Assembly: GCA_964581855.1 (NCBI GenBank)
Contig: CAZOQH010000001.1
Coordinates: 1-42,041, forward strand
DNA length: 42,041 bases
Direction of reading: 5' to 3'
Origin: an uncultured Flavobacterium sp.
Lineage (GTDB): Bacteria > Bacteroidota > Bacteroidia > Flavobacteriales > Flavobacteriaceae
Below, piece after piece: positions 17,679 through 27,900 of this stretch. How positions within the stretch are numbered: position 1 is the stretch's first letter; each line of letters starts with the position of its first letter. The notes beneath the pieces were generated by a model. The model was not told where the DNA came from. It ran no database searches and saw only the letters and a list, made by a program, of their open reading frames with translations. A program made the position numbers and the translations under genes.

Positions 17679-19025
17679 ATGCAAAAACAAAAAAATGTTG
17701 CTGTAGTAGGTTCTGGATTGGTCGGAACATTATTGGCAATTTATCTTAAAAAAGCAGGACACAAAGTATCGGTTTATGACCGAAGTCCTGACATCAGAAC
17801 TATAGAATTTTCAGGACGCTCTATTAATTTAGCAATGTCAGACAGAGGATGGAGGGCTTTGGAATTTATCGGAATTGCAGACGAAATCAAACAGATTGCA
17901 ATACCAATGGAAAAAAGAGCTATACATGTAGGAGAAAACCCTGTTAATTTTCAATTTTACGGAAAAGAGGGAGAAGCTATATATTCGATTTCGAGAGGCG
18001 TGCTTAATCGAAAAATGATTGATATTGCAGAGAGTTTCGGAGTAGAGTTCTTTTTTGAACAGAGAGTTTGGGATGTAAATTTATCTACGGCTACACTTCA
18101 TATCGGAGAGACCGAAAGAGGAGAATGGCAAGATATTACTTTTGATATGGTTTTCGGAGCAGACGGAGCATTTTCAAGGGTTCGTCACCGAATGCAACGT
18201 CAAAGTATGTTTAATTATTCGCAAGAGTTTTTACCTATCGGGTATAAAGAATTAAACATTCCTTCGGATGCTTATGGAAGGTATATGTTGGACAAAAATT
18301 CTTTGCACATTTGGCCAAGAGGAGATTATATGTTATCGGCTTTACCTAATCTTGATGGGAGTTTTAATGCAATTTTGTTTATGCCTTTTGAAGGAGAAAA
18401 CTCATTCGAGAAATTACAAACAAAAGAAAACGTTGTGGCTTTTTTTGAGAAAAACTTTCCGGATACAATTGATGTAATGCCAAAATTAGTAGAAGATTTC
18501 TTCAAAAACCCAACGAGTTATTTAGTTACGATGAAGTGTTTTCCGTGGACATATAAAGATAAAGTTGCTCTGATAGGTGATGCTTCGCATGCAATTGTTC
18601 CGTTTTACGGACATGGTATGAATGCTGGTTTTGAAGACATCACAGTTTTGCACCAAATGATGCAGAAATATGGAGATGACTGGGAAACTATTTTTAAGGA
18701 ATACGAAAAAGAACGCAAACCTAATGCTGATGCTATAGCAGAACTTTCGTATCGAAACTTTATGGAAATGAGTTCGGATACTGCAGACGAGAGTTTTTTA
18801 TTGCGAAAAAAAATCGAAAAACGATTCTCGGATAAATATCCGGATTTATGGCAACCTTTGTATAGTATGGTGACTTTTTCGAGCGATAAAACCTATAGCG
18901 AAGCATTACAGATAGGAGATGAGCAAAAGGTAATTATGGACGAAGTGATGCAAATCGAAAATGTTGCTGAAAAATGGGATAGTATAGAGATTGAAAATAA
19001 AATCTTGGATTTGTTGAAAAAATAA
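17679..19025 (+). CDS. kmo: Kynurenine 3-monooxygenase (FAD-dependent)
   Basis: GSGLVG FAD motif, GRSINLAMSDRG, GADGAFS, LHIWPRG, GDASHAIVPFYGHGMNAGFED; promoter TATATTTG at 17647-17654. Confidence 0.9.
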   Translation: MQKQKNVAVVGSGLVGTLLAIYLKKAGHKVSVYDRSPDIRTIEFSGRSINLAMSDRGWRALEFIGIADEIKQIAIPMEKRAIHVGENPVNFQFYGKEGEAIYSISRGVLNRKMIDIAESFGVEFFFEQRVWDVNLSTATLHIGETERGEWQDITFDMVFGADGAFSRVRHRMQRQSMFNYSQEFLPIGYKELNIPSDAYGRYMLDKNSLHIWPRGDYMLSALPNLDGSFNAILFMPFEGENSFEKLQTKENVVAFFEKNFPDTIDVMPKLVEDFFKNPTSYLVTMKCFPWTYKDKVALIGDASHAIVPFYGHGMNAGFEDITVLHQMMQKYGDDWETIFKEYEKERKPNADAIAELSYRNFMEMSSDTADESFLLRKKIEKRFSDKYPDLWQPLYSMVTFSSDKTYSEALQIGDEQKVIMDEVMQIENVAEKWDSIEIENKILDLLKK

Positions 19026-19062
19026 AACCAAACCTTTATAAAGATAATATCATAATTAAAGA

Positions 19063-19698
19063 ATGAAGAAGTCGATTATACTATGGATGTTTTTTTCGTT
19101 GATTCTGGCTTCTTGTGCTGGAACCAAATATACATCGAGTGACTACACCGCTGCTCAATCAAACTCTGCAAAACAGTCAGCTGCTCTTCAAGATAAAAAA
19201 CAAGCAGAATTAGAGAATATAAAAACTCAAGAAGTACAAGTTCTTGAAGAATATACCGAATATACCGAAAATTACTCTTATTTTGAATTTGACACTTCTG
19301 TTGAGGAGATTGGTTTAAGTTTAGCTGATAATATTATAGAAAAGGCAACAGATAACCTTGGAGTTAGGTATAGATACGGTGGAACTACTAAATCCGGATT
19401 TGATTGTTCAGGGTTAGTTTTTACTTCGTTTAAGGCCTATGATATAACTTTGCCTCGCTCTTCATCTGCTATGGCAGAATATGCGCAAAACATTAAAGAT
19501 TCAGAAGCTCAAAAGGGCGATTTGATTTTTTTTATCACAAATGGAGGAAGACGAATAAATCATGTCGGAATCATTACAGAGGTTCTCGAGGATGAAATAA
19601 AATTTATTCATTCATCCACAAGCTTAGGAGTAATAATCTCTTCGACTAAGGAACCTTACTACAAAAAGAACTTTGTAAAAGTGGCAAGGGTCTTATAA
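19063..19698 (+). CDS. NlpC/P60 (C40) cell-wall peptidase lipoprotein
   Basis: SPII ...ILAS-C; YRYGG...GFDCSG, LPRSS, GDLIFF, HVGI, FIHSS. Confidence 0.93.
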   Translation: MKKSIILWMFFSLILASCAGTKYTSSDYTAAQSNSAKQSAALQDKKQAELENIKTQEVQVLEEYTEYTENYSYFEFDTSVEEIGLSLADNIIEKATDNLGVRYRYGGTTKSGFDCSGLVFTSFKAYDITLPRSSSAMAEYAQNIKDSEAQKGDLIFFITNGGRRINHVGIITEVLEDEIKFIHSSTSLGVIISSTKEPYYKKNFVKVARVL

Positions 19699-19716
19699 TA
19701 GCTAGTTTTTAGATAT

Positions 19717-19754
19717 AAAAAAACGCCTACCTTTTATAGGTAAGCGTTTTTTTT
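19717..19754. terminator. Bidirectional intrinsic terminator (NlpC / RNase E/G)
   Basis: A7-CGCCTACCT...AGGTAAGCG-T8. Confidence 0.82.
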
Positions 19755-21311
19755 CTAATCGGTAATTTCATCTCCTTTTTCATCAAAGAAGTGGTATTCT
19801 AAATACGTGTAAGCATCACGAGGTATTATTTTTATCCATTTTTTATATTCAAAAAACCATTTTGAACGCAAGGATGGAAAACCTTTGGTTAGGTATGCAG
19901 CCACAAAAGGATGTACATTGAGAATTATCTTTTTGTGATTCTGCACAATGCTTTCTAAATCTGTTCTGATTTTGTCGATAATCAGAATCGGGGCTTCAAT
20001 TTCTCCGTTAGAGTTATTCGGGTCAGCTTCTTCGGTTTTAATATTTACCTCAGGACGTACCCTTTGTCTTGTGATTTGAATGAGCCCAAATTTGCTCGGA
20101 GGAAGAATTTTGTGTTTTGCTTTGTCGTCACTCATTTCTTCTCTCAAAAAATCGTATAATTTTTTACGATTCTCTATATTTTGCATGTCAATGAAATCGA
20201 CAACAATAATTCCTCCCATATCTCTTAATCGAAGTTGACGAGCGATTTCGGAAGCAGCAATCATATTTACTTCTAAAGCTGTTTCTTCCTGATTTTGAGA
20301 CTTGTTTGAACGATTTCCACTATTTACATCGATTACGTGAAGTGCTTCGGTGTGTTCAATTACCAAATAAGCGCCTTTGCTCATCGAAACTGTACGTCCG
20401 AAAGAAGTTTTTATTTGTCTCTCGATATGATATTTTTCAAACAGCGGAACTTCTTTTGATTGATAATGCTTAACAATCGAAGCTTTCTCTGGAGCTATTT
20501 CTTGCAGATATTCTTTGGTTTGATAGTATAATTCTTCGTCATCTACATAAATTCCGGTAAATGAGTCGTTAAATACGTCTCTCAAAATCGAAGAGGCTCT
20601 GTTTACTTCTCCTAAAACCTTTGATGGTTGATGGGCTACTGGAATTAGTTTGCTCATTGCAATCCATTTGTTTAACAGATTTTGAAGGTCTTTGTCGAGT
20701 TCCGCAACTTTTTTACCTTCTGCTACGGTTCTGATAATTACTCCAAATCCTTTTGGTTTTATAGACTGAACCAGCCTTTTGAGTCTGTCCTTTTCTTCTT
20801 TAGATTCTATTTTTTGTGAAATAGAAATTCGATCAGAAAACGGGATTAGTACTACATATCTTCCTGCAAGAGAAATTTCAGAGCTAATTCGAGGTCCTTT
20901 GGTTGAAATAGGTTCTTTGACCACTTGAACCAAAATAGACTGATTAGCGCTTAATACTTCTGTTATCGTTCCGTCTTTGTTTATTTCTTTTTCAAAAGAA
21001 AAATTTTTGAGTGAGAAATCTTTTGTTTTACCTGTGCTTACAAGTTTTATGAATTTCATCAAAGAAGGTAGGTTAGGTCCTAAGTCGTGATAATGTAAAA
21101 AAGCGTCTTTTTCATATCCGATATTTACAAAAGCAGCATTAAGCCCTGCTACTGGTTTTCGGATTTTAGCTAAAAAAATATCTCCAACATTAAAGGAATT
21201 TCCTGATTGTTGATTGTCTTCTTCTCTGTGTAATTCTATTAGTTTTCCATCTTTTAATAAGGCAAAATCTACCGCATCAGAATCTGTTCTTACAATCAAT
21301 TCTTTATTCAT
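19755..21311 (-). CDS. Ribonuclease E/G family (Rne/Rng)
   Basis: S1 domain AAFVNIG, QVVKEPISTKGPR, IDVNSG, RQLRLRDMGGIIVVDFIDM, SKFGLIQITRQR. Confidence 0.95.
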   Translation of the reverse strand: MNKELIVRTDSDAVDFALLKDGKLIELHREEDNQQSGNSFNVGDIFLAKIRKPVAGLNAAFVNIGYEKDAFLHYHDLGPNLPSLMKFIKLVSTGKTKDFSLKNFSFEKEINKDGTITEVLSANQSILVQVVKEPISTKGPRISSEISLAGRYVVLIPFSDRISISQKIESKEEKDRLKRLVQSIKPKGFGVIIRTVAEGKKVAELDKDLQNLLNKWIAMSKLIPVAHQPSKVLGEVNRASSILRDVFNDSFTGIYVDDEELYYQTKEYLQEIAPEKASIVKHYQSKEVPLFEKYHIERQIKTSFGRTVSMSKGAYLVIEHTEALHVIDVNSGNRSNKSQNQEETALEVNMIAASEIARQLRLRDMGGIIVVDFIDMQNIENRKKLYDFLREEMSDDKAKHKILPPSKFGLIQITRQRVRPEVNIKTEEADPNNSNGEIEAPILIIDKIRTDLESIVQNHKKIILNVHPFVAAYLTKGFPSLRSKWFFEYKKWIKIIPRDAYTYLEYHFFDEKGDEITD

Positions 21312-21525
21312 TGCTGCAAATTTTTATCCGAACAATACATAGTTGTAGGTTTTAGGGTACAAAGTCTAAAGCTAGATTGTTTATAACAATAATGACTTAC
21401 GAAATTTATAACTTTAAACCTGACACCAAAAGTTCAGATGGATTAATAATTTTTACAGGTATTTTACCCGAAGGTACAAGCCAATTTTCGCCTTGAACCT
21501 TTTTCAAAGAACTTAAAATAAAATT

Positions 21526-21552
21526 GAAAAAGTAGTACAAGACTACTTTTTC
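21526..21552 (-). terminator. Hairpin/terminator overlapping the stop of the bS22-like gene
   Basis: Minus strand GAAAAAGTAGT-CTTGT-ACTACTTTTTC then AATTTT. Confidence 0.6.
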
Positions 21553-21635
21553 TTCTTATGACGATTTGCTCTTGATCTTTTTTTACGCTTGTGAGTCGAA
21601 ATCTTATGTCTTTTTCTTTTTTTACCGTTTGGCAT
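21543..21635 (-). CDS. 30-aa basic small ribosomal protein, bS22 / AURKAIP1-COX24 (mS38)-like
   Basis: Hand translation MPNGKKRKRHKISTHKRKKRSRANRHKKKK*; closely resembles Bacteroidota bS22 (MPSGKKRKRHK..THKRKKR); below the ORF-track size cutoff. Confidence 0.9.
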   Translation of the reverse strand: MPNGKKRKRHKISTHKRKKRSRANRHKKKK

Positions 21636-21665
21636 AATTTGTAAATGTTTCGGTTAATAATCTAA

Positions 21666-21962
21666 TTAGTTTACAGGTATTTCTGTATTGTTTTTTACGC
21701 TCTCTACAAAAACTTTTGCAGGTTTGAAAGCAGGGATGTTGTGAGCTGGAATTTTGATGGTGGTGTTTTTAGAAATGTTTCTTCCTGTTTTTTCAGCTCT
21801 AGTTTTAATGATAAAACTTCCGAATCCTCTCAAATAAACATTGTCCCCTGATTCTAAAGAAGCCTTAACTTCTTCCATAAAAGATTCTACTGTAGCCTGC
21901 ACTTCGTTTTTTTCTAAACCTAGCTTTTCTGAGATTTTAGCTACGATATCTGCTTTTGTCAT
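21666..21962 (-). CDS. HU / IHF family DNA-binding protein
   Basis: MTKADIV, VYLRGFGSF, RAEKTGRNI, IPAFKP. Confidence 0.95.
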   Translation of the reverse strand: MTKADIVAKISEKLGLEKNEVQATVESFMEEVKASLESGDNVYLRGFGSFIIKTRAEKTGRNISKNTTIKIPAHNIPAFKPAKVFVESVKNNTEIPVN

Positions 21963-22003
21963 TTTGATATATATTAAAAGTGTTATTGTTTTTTTTGGGC
22001 TTG

Positions 22004-22036
22004 CAAATATACGAATTAAAAAAACATATTTTCAAA
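22004..22036 (-). promoter_or_regulatory. Promoter for the HU-bS22-RNase E/G unit
   Basis: Minus strand TTTG (22036-22033), N21, TATATTTG (22011-22004). Confidence 0.65.
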
Positions 22037-22136
22037 CTTAATCATCGAAAATTTAACCCGTTAGCACAAAATACTTTTTTTAAAATCATTTATTTCAGAA
22101 ATCAAAAATAATTTAGAGATAAAAGTTAAAAAAAAA

Positions 22137-22167
22137 TTGTGTGTTACACTCTAAAATTGTAGTTTTG
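22137..22167 (+). promoter_or_regulatory. Promoter for the zapB-like/zapA/6S/rny unit
   Basis: TTG (22137-22139), N20, TAGTTTTG (22160-22167). Confidence 0.6.
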
Positions 22168-22191
22168 TAAATCGCAATGAAAGATGTTTTT

Positions 22192-22482
22192 ATGAGTGAT
22201 ATCGTGAAGATTGTCGATGAGATAGAAGGGAAAATCAAAAGAATGATTTCCAAAATAGATGATTTAGAGAAAACAAACGATTCGTTACGCTCAGAATTGT
22301 CGTTTTATCAGGAGCGTTTTCGCCAGACAGAAAACCAAATAGAACAATTAAACAATCAAATCGAAACTTTAAAAACAGTTAATGCATTGCTAGGCAGTGA
22401 AGACTTTAAAAGAGAAACTAAAATTAAAATAAATTCGATTATTCGAGAAATAGATTATTGTGTGGCACAACTTTCTGATTAG
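22192..22482 (+). CDS. Coiled-coil protein, ZapB-like
   Basis: Heptad-rich helical protein directly upstream of zapA; alternative start 22177. Confidence 0.75.
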   Translation: MSDIVKIVDEIEGKIKRMISKIDDLEKTNDSLRSELSFYQERFRQTENQIEQLNNQIETLKTVNALLGSEDFKRETKIKINSIIREIDYCVAQLSD

Positions 22483-22484
22483 TA

Positions 22485-22781
22485 ATGAACGAAAAACTGA
22501 AAATTAAAATATCAATTGCAGATCGAGTATATCCTCTTACAGTGGATTATTCTCAAGAAGAAGCCTTAAGAGTTGCTTCTAAAAAAATTGATGCTATGAT
22601 TAAGCAGTTTGAACAAAACTATGCAGTAAGAGATAAACAAGATGTTTTGGCAATGTGTGCACTACAATTTGCTTCTCAAATCGAACAAAAAACAATAGAT
22701 ACCGTATCAGTAAGCGAAGACACACAAAATAAACTTTTGGACATCAATGAGTTACTGACGCAATATCTGGAACGTTCTTAA
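22485..22781 (+). CDS. zapA: Cell division protein ZapA
   Basis: IKISIADRVYPL...EEALRVASKKID...QDVLAMCAL pattern; context upstream of 6S RNA and rny. Confidence 0.9.
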   Translation: MNEKLKIKISIADRVYPLTVDYSQEEALRVASKKIDAMIKQFEQNYAVRDKQDVLAMCALQFASQIEQKTIDTVSVSEDTQNKLLDINELLTQYLERS

Positions 22782-22789
22782 ATACTAAA

Positions 22790-22962
22790 AAGACACTGCC
22801 TGCATTAGGATTTTATTATTGATAAACTCAACACTTACAAATTAAAATAGGTGAATCGTTGTAGCAAAAATAGGCTGTTCTCGAAACAGAAATTTGACCT
22901 ACAAGTTAGCCTAAAACTTGTCTTTACGAGTTTATTCAATCAATCCTTGTGCAGGCTTTTTT
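22790..22962 (+). ncRNA. ssrS: 6S RNA (Flavobacterial type)
   Basis: Rod structure: GCCTGCA/TGCAGGC, AGGATT/AATCCT, TTGATAAACTC/GAGTTTATTCAA closing a large central bubble, plus an apical stem and 3' T6; located between zapA and rny. Ends approximate. Confidence 0.85.
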
Positions 22963-22992
22963 ATATAAACACTTTACAGAAAATTAACAAAA

Positions 22993-24558
22993 ATGGACAG
23001 TACACTATTAATAATCGGTTGCTCAGTAGTCGGTTTAATTTTAGGTTTTGCAGCAGCAAAATATTTAGAAAAAAGCAACGCTTCGAGTTATATTAAAAAT
23101 GCTAAAAAAGAAGCGGAATCAATTCTGAAAGACGCTAAAATAGAATCGGAGGCAATTAAAAAAGACAAAATTCTTCAAGCAAAAGAAAAGTTTATTGAAT
23201 TAAAGTCAGAACACGAACAAGTGATACTTAATCGTGAGAAGAAAATGGCAGAAGCCGAAAAACGTACAAGAGATAAAGAATCTCAAGTGTCGAATGAGTT
23301 GGCAAAAAGTAAAAAACTAAATGAAGAAATAGAGAGAAAAATACTAGATTACGACAATAGATTATCAACTTTAGAGAAAAAACAAGAGGAAGTTGATAAA
23401 ATGCATAAGAGCCAAGTAGAACAATTAGAAGTAATTGCAGGACTTTCGGCTGAAGACGCAAAAGAACAGCTTATTGAGAGTTTGAAAAACGAGGCCAGAA
23501 CCGAAGCCATGTCTTTTATACAAGGCACTATGGAAGAGGCAAAGCTAACCGCTCAACAAGAAGCCAAAAAAGTAATCATAAACACCATTCAACGCGTAGG
23601 TACAGAAGAAGCCATAGAAAACTGTGTTTCGGTATTCAATATAGAATCTGATGATGTAAAAGGTAGAATTATCGGGCGTGAAGGAAGAAATATTAGAGCT
23701 TTAGAATCTGCTACAGGAGTAGAAATCATTGTAGATGACACTCCAGAAGCAATTATTCTTTCGTGTTTTGACCCGGTGCGAAGAGAAGTTGCCAGATTGG
23801 CTCTTCATAAATTAGTTACAGACGGACGTATTCACCCTGCAAGAATAGAAGAAGTGGTAGCTAAAACAGCTAAACAAATTGATGACGAAATTATAGAAGT
23901 TGGTAAACGTACCGTAATTGACTTAGGAATTCACGGATTACACCCTGAACTGATCAAGATTGTAGGAAGAATGAAGTACCGCTCGTCGTACGGACAGAAC
24001 CTATTGCATCACTCTCGTGAAGTAGCAAAGCTGTGTGGAATAATGGCTGCAGAATTAGGCTTGAATGCCAAAATGGCGAAAAGAGCAGGATTGTTACACG
24101 ATATAGGTAAAGTTCCTGATACAGAAAGTGAACTTCCTCACGCTATTTTGGGTATGCAATGGGCTGAAAAATATGGTGAAAAACCAGAGGTTTGCAACGC
24201 TATTGGTGCTCACCACGATGAGATAGAAATGACAAGTATGCTTTCTCCGATTGTTCAGGTATGTGATGCAATTTCGGGAGCAAGACCAGGAGCAAGACGT
24301 CAGGTGTTAGACTCGTATATTCAACGTCTAAAAGACTTAGAGGATATCGCTTATGGATTCCCAGGAGTGAAGAGTGCTTATGCTATTCAGGCGGGTCGTG
24401 AACTACGCGTATTGGTAGAGAGCGAAAAAGTTTCGGATGAAAAAGCAGCCAACTTGTCGTTTGAGATTTCTCAAAAAATTCAAACCGAAATGACTTATCC
24501 AGGACAAGTAAAAGTAACGGTAATCAGAGAAACTAGAGCAGTAAACGTTGCAAAATAA
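22993..24558 (+). CDS. rny: Ribonuclease Y
   Basis: N-terminal TM, coiled coil, KH domain [15 protein letters not shown] motif [18 protein letters not shown]. Confidence 0.97.
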   Translation: MDSTLLIIGCSVVGLILGFAAAKYLEKSNASSYIKNAKKEAESILKDAKIESEAIKKDKILQAKEKFIELKSEHEQVILNREKKMAEAEKRTRDKESQVSNELAKSKKLNEEIERKILDYDNRLSTLEKKQEEVDKMHKSQVEQLEVIAGLSAEDAKEQLIESLKNEARTEAMSFIQGTMEEAKLTAQQEAKKVIINTIQRVGTEEAIENCVSVFNIESDDVKGRIIGREGRNIRALESATGVEIIVDDTPEAIILSCFDPVRREVARLALHKLVTDGRIHPARIEEVVAKTAKQIDDEIIEVGKRTVIDLGIHGLHPELIKIVGRMKYRSSYGQNLLHHSREVAKLCGIMAAELGLNAKMAKRAGLLHDIGKVPDTESELPHAILGMQWAEKYGEKPEVCNAIGAHHDEIEMTSMLSPIVQVCDAISGARPGARRQVLDSYIQRLKDLEDIAYGFPGVKSAYAIQAGRELRVLVESEKVSDEKAANLSFEISQKIQTEMTYPGQVKVTVIRETRAVNVAK

Positions 24559-24587
24559 TTTATAAATAAACTCTGTTAGAGTTAATT

Positions 24588-24617
24588 AAAAAAGCCCAGA
24601 ATTTCTGGGCTTTTTTT
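24588..24617 (+). terminator. Intrinsic terminator after rny
   Basis: A6-GCCCAGAA-T-TTCTGGGC-T7. Confidence 0.88.
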
Positions 24618-24877
24618 GTGGATTATCGTTTTTGTAAAAGCTATTTGTTGGTTGGAAGAAATAAATTCGTTTTCAACTGAAAAATGTTTTTTGGAGAACA
24701 ACAAATTTAAAGTCTATCGAATTGCTGTACCTTTTGAAGTTGTTTTCTTCTAAATATAAGTTCAATTCTTGTTTAGTGATGCACTCGTTTATAACTTCTG
24801 CTAAATGTTTTACGGATATTTGTGTTCTAGCCTTTTTTAGATAATATTTTTATTAATGATTAAAATAATATATAAAA

Positions 24878-24908
24878 TTGTAATAATTTAGAGGTTTTGT
24901 TATATTTG
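24878..24908 (+). promoter_or_regulatory. Promoter of the TPR-MORN/DUF3857 operon
   Basis: TTG (24878-24880), N20, TATATTTG (24901-24908). Confidence 0.65.
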
Positions 24909-24942
24909 AAACTGCTACCTAACCAAAATACTTGAAAATTAT

Positions 24943-27900
24943 ATGAACACTTTACACTTCAGAACAGACTTTTTATCTTTAAAGTTTCTATTTATCATTA
25001 TTCTTTTCACTCCATTAAGTTTATTATCTCAACAAAAATACTCCGAGATTTATGATAGTGCAGCATTTATAGAAACAGGAAAACAGTTTCATCAGGCAGG
25101 AGATTATCAAAAAGCAATTGAACAATACGAAAAGATTTACAAAACAGATTCTGATTATCTCGTGGCTCAATATGAAAAAGCACTTTCGTTAACAGCTTTA
25201 GAAAAAACAGATGAGGCCTTGGCTTTATTAGAAAAATTATATTCAGAAAACCTAATGCCTGAAAATCCAGAGTTGTTTATTCTGTATGGAACTCTATTGA
25301 GTGATAAAGAAGATTATGAGATGTCTGAAAAAGTGTATAAAGAAGCTGAAACTATCATTCCGGATGCTACAGGATTGCTATACAACATGGCTATTATGTA
25401 TATTAGAAAACAGGAGGTTCAAAAAGCGGTGGATTATCTCAAAAAAGTGGTTACTAATAATCCTAATCACGCATCTTCACATTATATTTTAGGAATTTTA
25501 GCTTATGAAAACGGAAAAGTAGTAGAAGGCTCTTTGGCTATGCTCGGATATTTATCAAATTTCCCTACCGGAAGATTTGCTTACGAAGCTCTGAAGAGAC
25601 TTAATACAAATATGGGGCAGCATTATTTAACTACAACAGATGTGGTTTTTTCGGAAAAAGGAGACGACTTTTCGGAACTAGAGTTGATTTTAAGAAATCA
25701 ATTGCCTTTAAATTCGAAATATAAATTAAAAGTTGATATTGATGATGTAGTTACGCGTCAGATTCAAGCGATAGTAGAATACGCCTCAACACATGAAGTT
25801 AAAGATGGTTTTTTTGAGAATATTTATATACCGTTTTTAGCAGATATTCAAAATAAGAAATATACCGAACAGTTTATTTACTATACTCTTATCGCAGCCG
25901 AAGAAAATTTAGGCAAAAAGCTCACCAATCATAAAAAGAAAATTTTAGAATTTAATGACAATTATATTAGAAATCATTTCAGAGCGGTTTATACCAAGAG
26001 AAAAATAGAACATTTCGGGAGCGTTCAGGAAGTTTCGATTTATTTTGAAGAAGAATACCCCTATCTTGTTGGGGCTGATGTAAATGGAGTTTTACAAGGA
26101 AAGTTCAAAATGTTAAACAAATTAGGACAAATAACGGGAGAACTAAATTATAAAGACGGAAAATTAGATGGATTACAAACATATTATTATTCTGACGGAG
26201 CAAAATTCGAAGAGGTTACTTATTCCAACGGCATTAAGAACGGAATTTATAAAGAATATTATAAAAACGGGAATTTAAAATCTGAAGCTACTTTTAAAAA
26301 CGATGTGTTAGATGGGGAGGGATTTTCGTATTTTATGAATGGAGGAAAACGATGTGTAAGACCAATAAAAGAAGGAAAATTGACAGGACTTTCGGTATGC
26401 TATTACCCCAATGGTACCAAACAAAGTGAATATGAATATTTAAATGATAAATTAAACGGGAAAGCCATTGATTATAACGAGCAAGGAGACATAATTAGTT
26501 CGTATTACTATCTTGATGGATTGTTAAATGGTGAAGCAATTACTTATTACGATGGGAAAATAATAAGCTCTCAGACCAACTATGATAAGGGTTATGCTGT
26601 GCAGAGTTATAAAGAATTTTACGAGAACGGACAACCTAAAAAAGAATTTTTACTCAACGGAACAAAAGTAGATAAAGTTATAGAATATCATCCTAATGGA
26701 AAAATGCAATCAGAAACTTTTTACGATAATAAAGAACAAACAGACAAATATGTTTATTATAACGAAAGCGGTGAAAAGTATTTTGAAGAGAGATATAGAA
26801 ACGGAAAAGTAAGAGCAGGTTATCAATATACTAAAAATAATACGGAGCCTACCGAAGTAAGTATTTCTAAAAAAGAATTCGAAATCAAAGATTTAGATGG
26901 TAACACACGCATGATAGGAGCTTTCGCAAAAGGAATGATGAACGGAGAATGGACATATTTCGATAGTAACGGACTTATAAAAACAAAACAACATTTTGAA
27001 GATGATCTTACAAAAGGATTGAGGTATGATTATGAAAGAGGGAAAATTAACGGAATTTATTATCAAGAAAAAGGTAACCTTATAGGACTTTATGAAGGAT
27101 TCTCAGACGAAAACCTTTTTGTGAAAATGTACTTTAACCAAGGGCAGCGCAACGGACCATACCAATATTTTTATAGAAATGGAAATGTTGATTACGAAGG
27201 ATATTTAATCGATGGAAAAGCATATTTAAAACACTTTTCATACTTTCAGGACGGAACTATATGTAAAGAAGCCGAATATTTTGAAGACTACCTAATTAAC
27301 CTGAAAAACTTTAATAAAGACGGAACTCTAGAATCAGAAATTAGTTATGCCAACAAAAACGGTTTGACTACTTATACAGAAAATGGAGGATTAGTAAAAG
27401 TAACGGTTGAACACAAAAATGGAATTAGAAACGGAAATCTGATTATAAAAGATAAATCAGACGATTTGATCCTAACTTCTACTTACGTAAACGATGTGAT
27501 ACACGGAAAATACATAAAATATTATCCTAACCAAAAATTAGCTCTAGAAGGAGAATATTATAACGGAAAAAATAACGGGTTGTTCAAATACCATGATTTA
27601 AACGGAAAGTTGCGTTTAACTGTAGAATATATTTTGGGCAAAGAATTCGGAAAAGGCACAAGGTTTTATCAAAACGGCAAAACACTATATCAATACAATA
27701 TGGTTAATGACCAAAAAAACGGAGAGCAAACTTTTTATAACCTTGACGGAAAAGTTATTGCACTGATCGGATACGAAATGGATACTCCGAAATATTATAA
27801 AGTATTAACCAAAGACGGAAGTTTAGGAGAGGCTCAAAAAATAGACCTTAAATCAGAGGTAGAGATTTTGTCAAAATACGCAGACGGAAAAACTGCCTTT

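Noticed and set aside
19249-19269. 9-nt tandem duplication GAATATACC (EYTEYTE) in the NlpC/P60 linker
   Set aside because: In-frame, two copies, in a low-complexity linker; not a phase-variation tract
22851-23096. 81-aa ORF between zapA and rny
   Set aside because: Overlaps the 6S RNA and rny in another frame; no recognisable protein features
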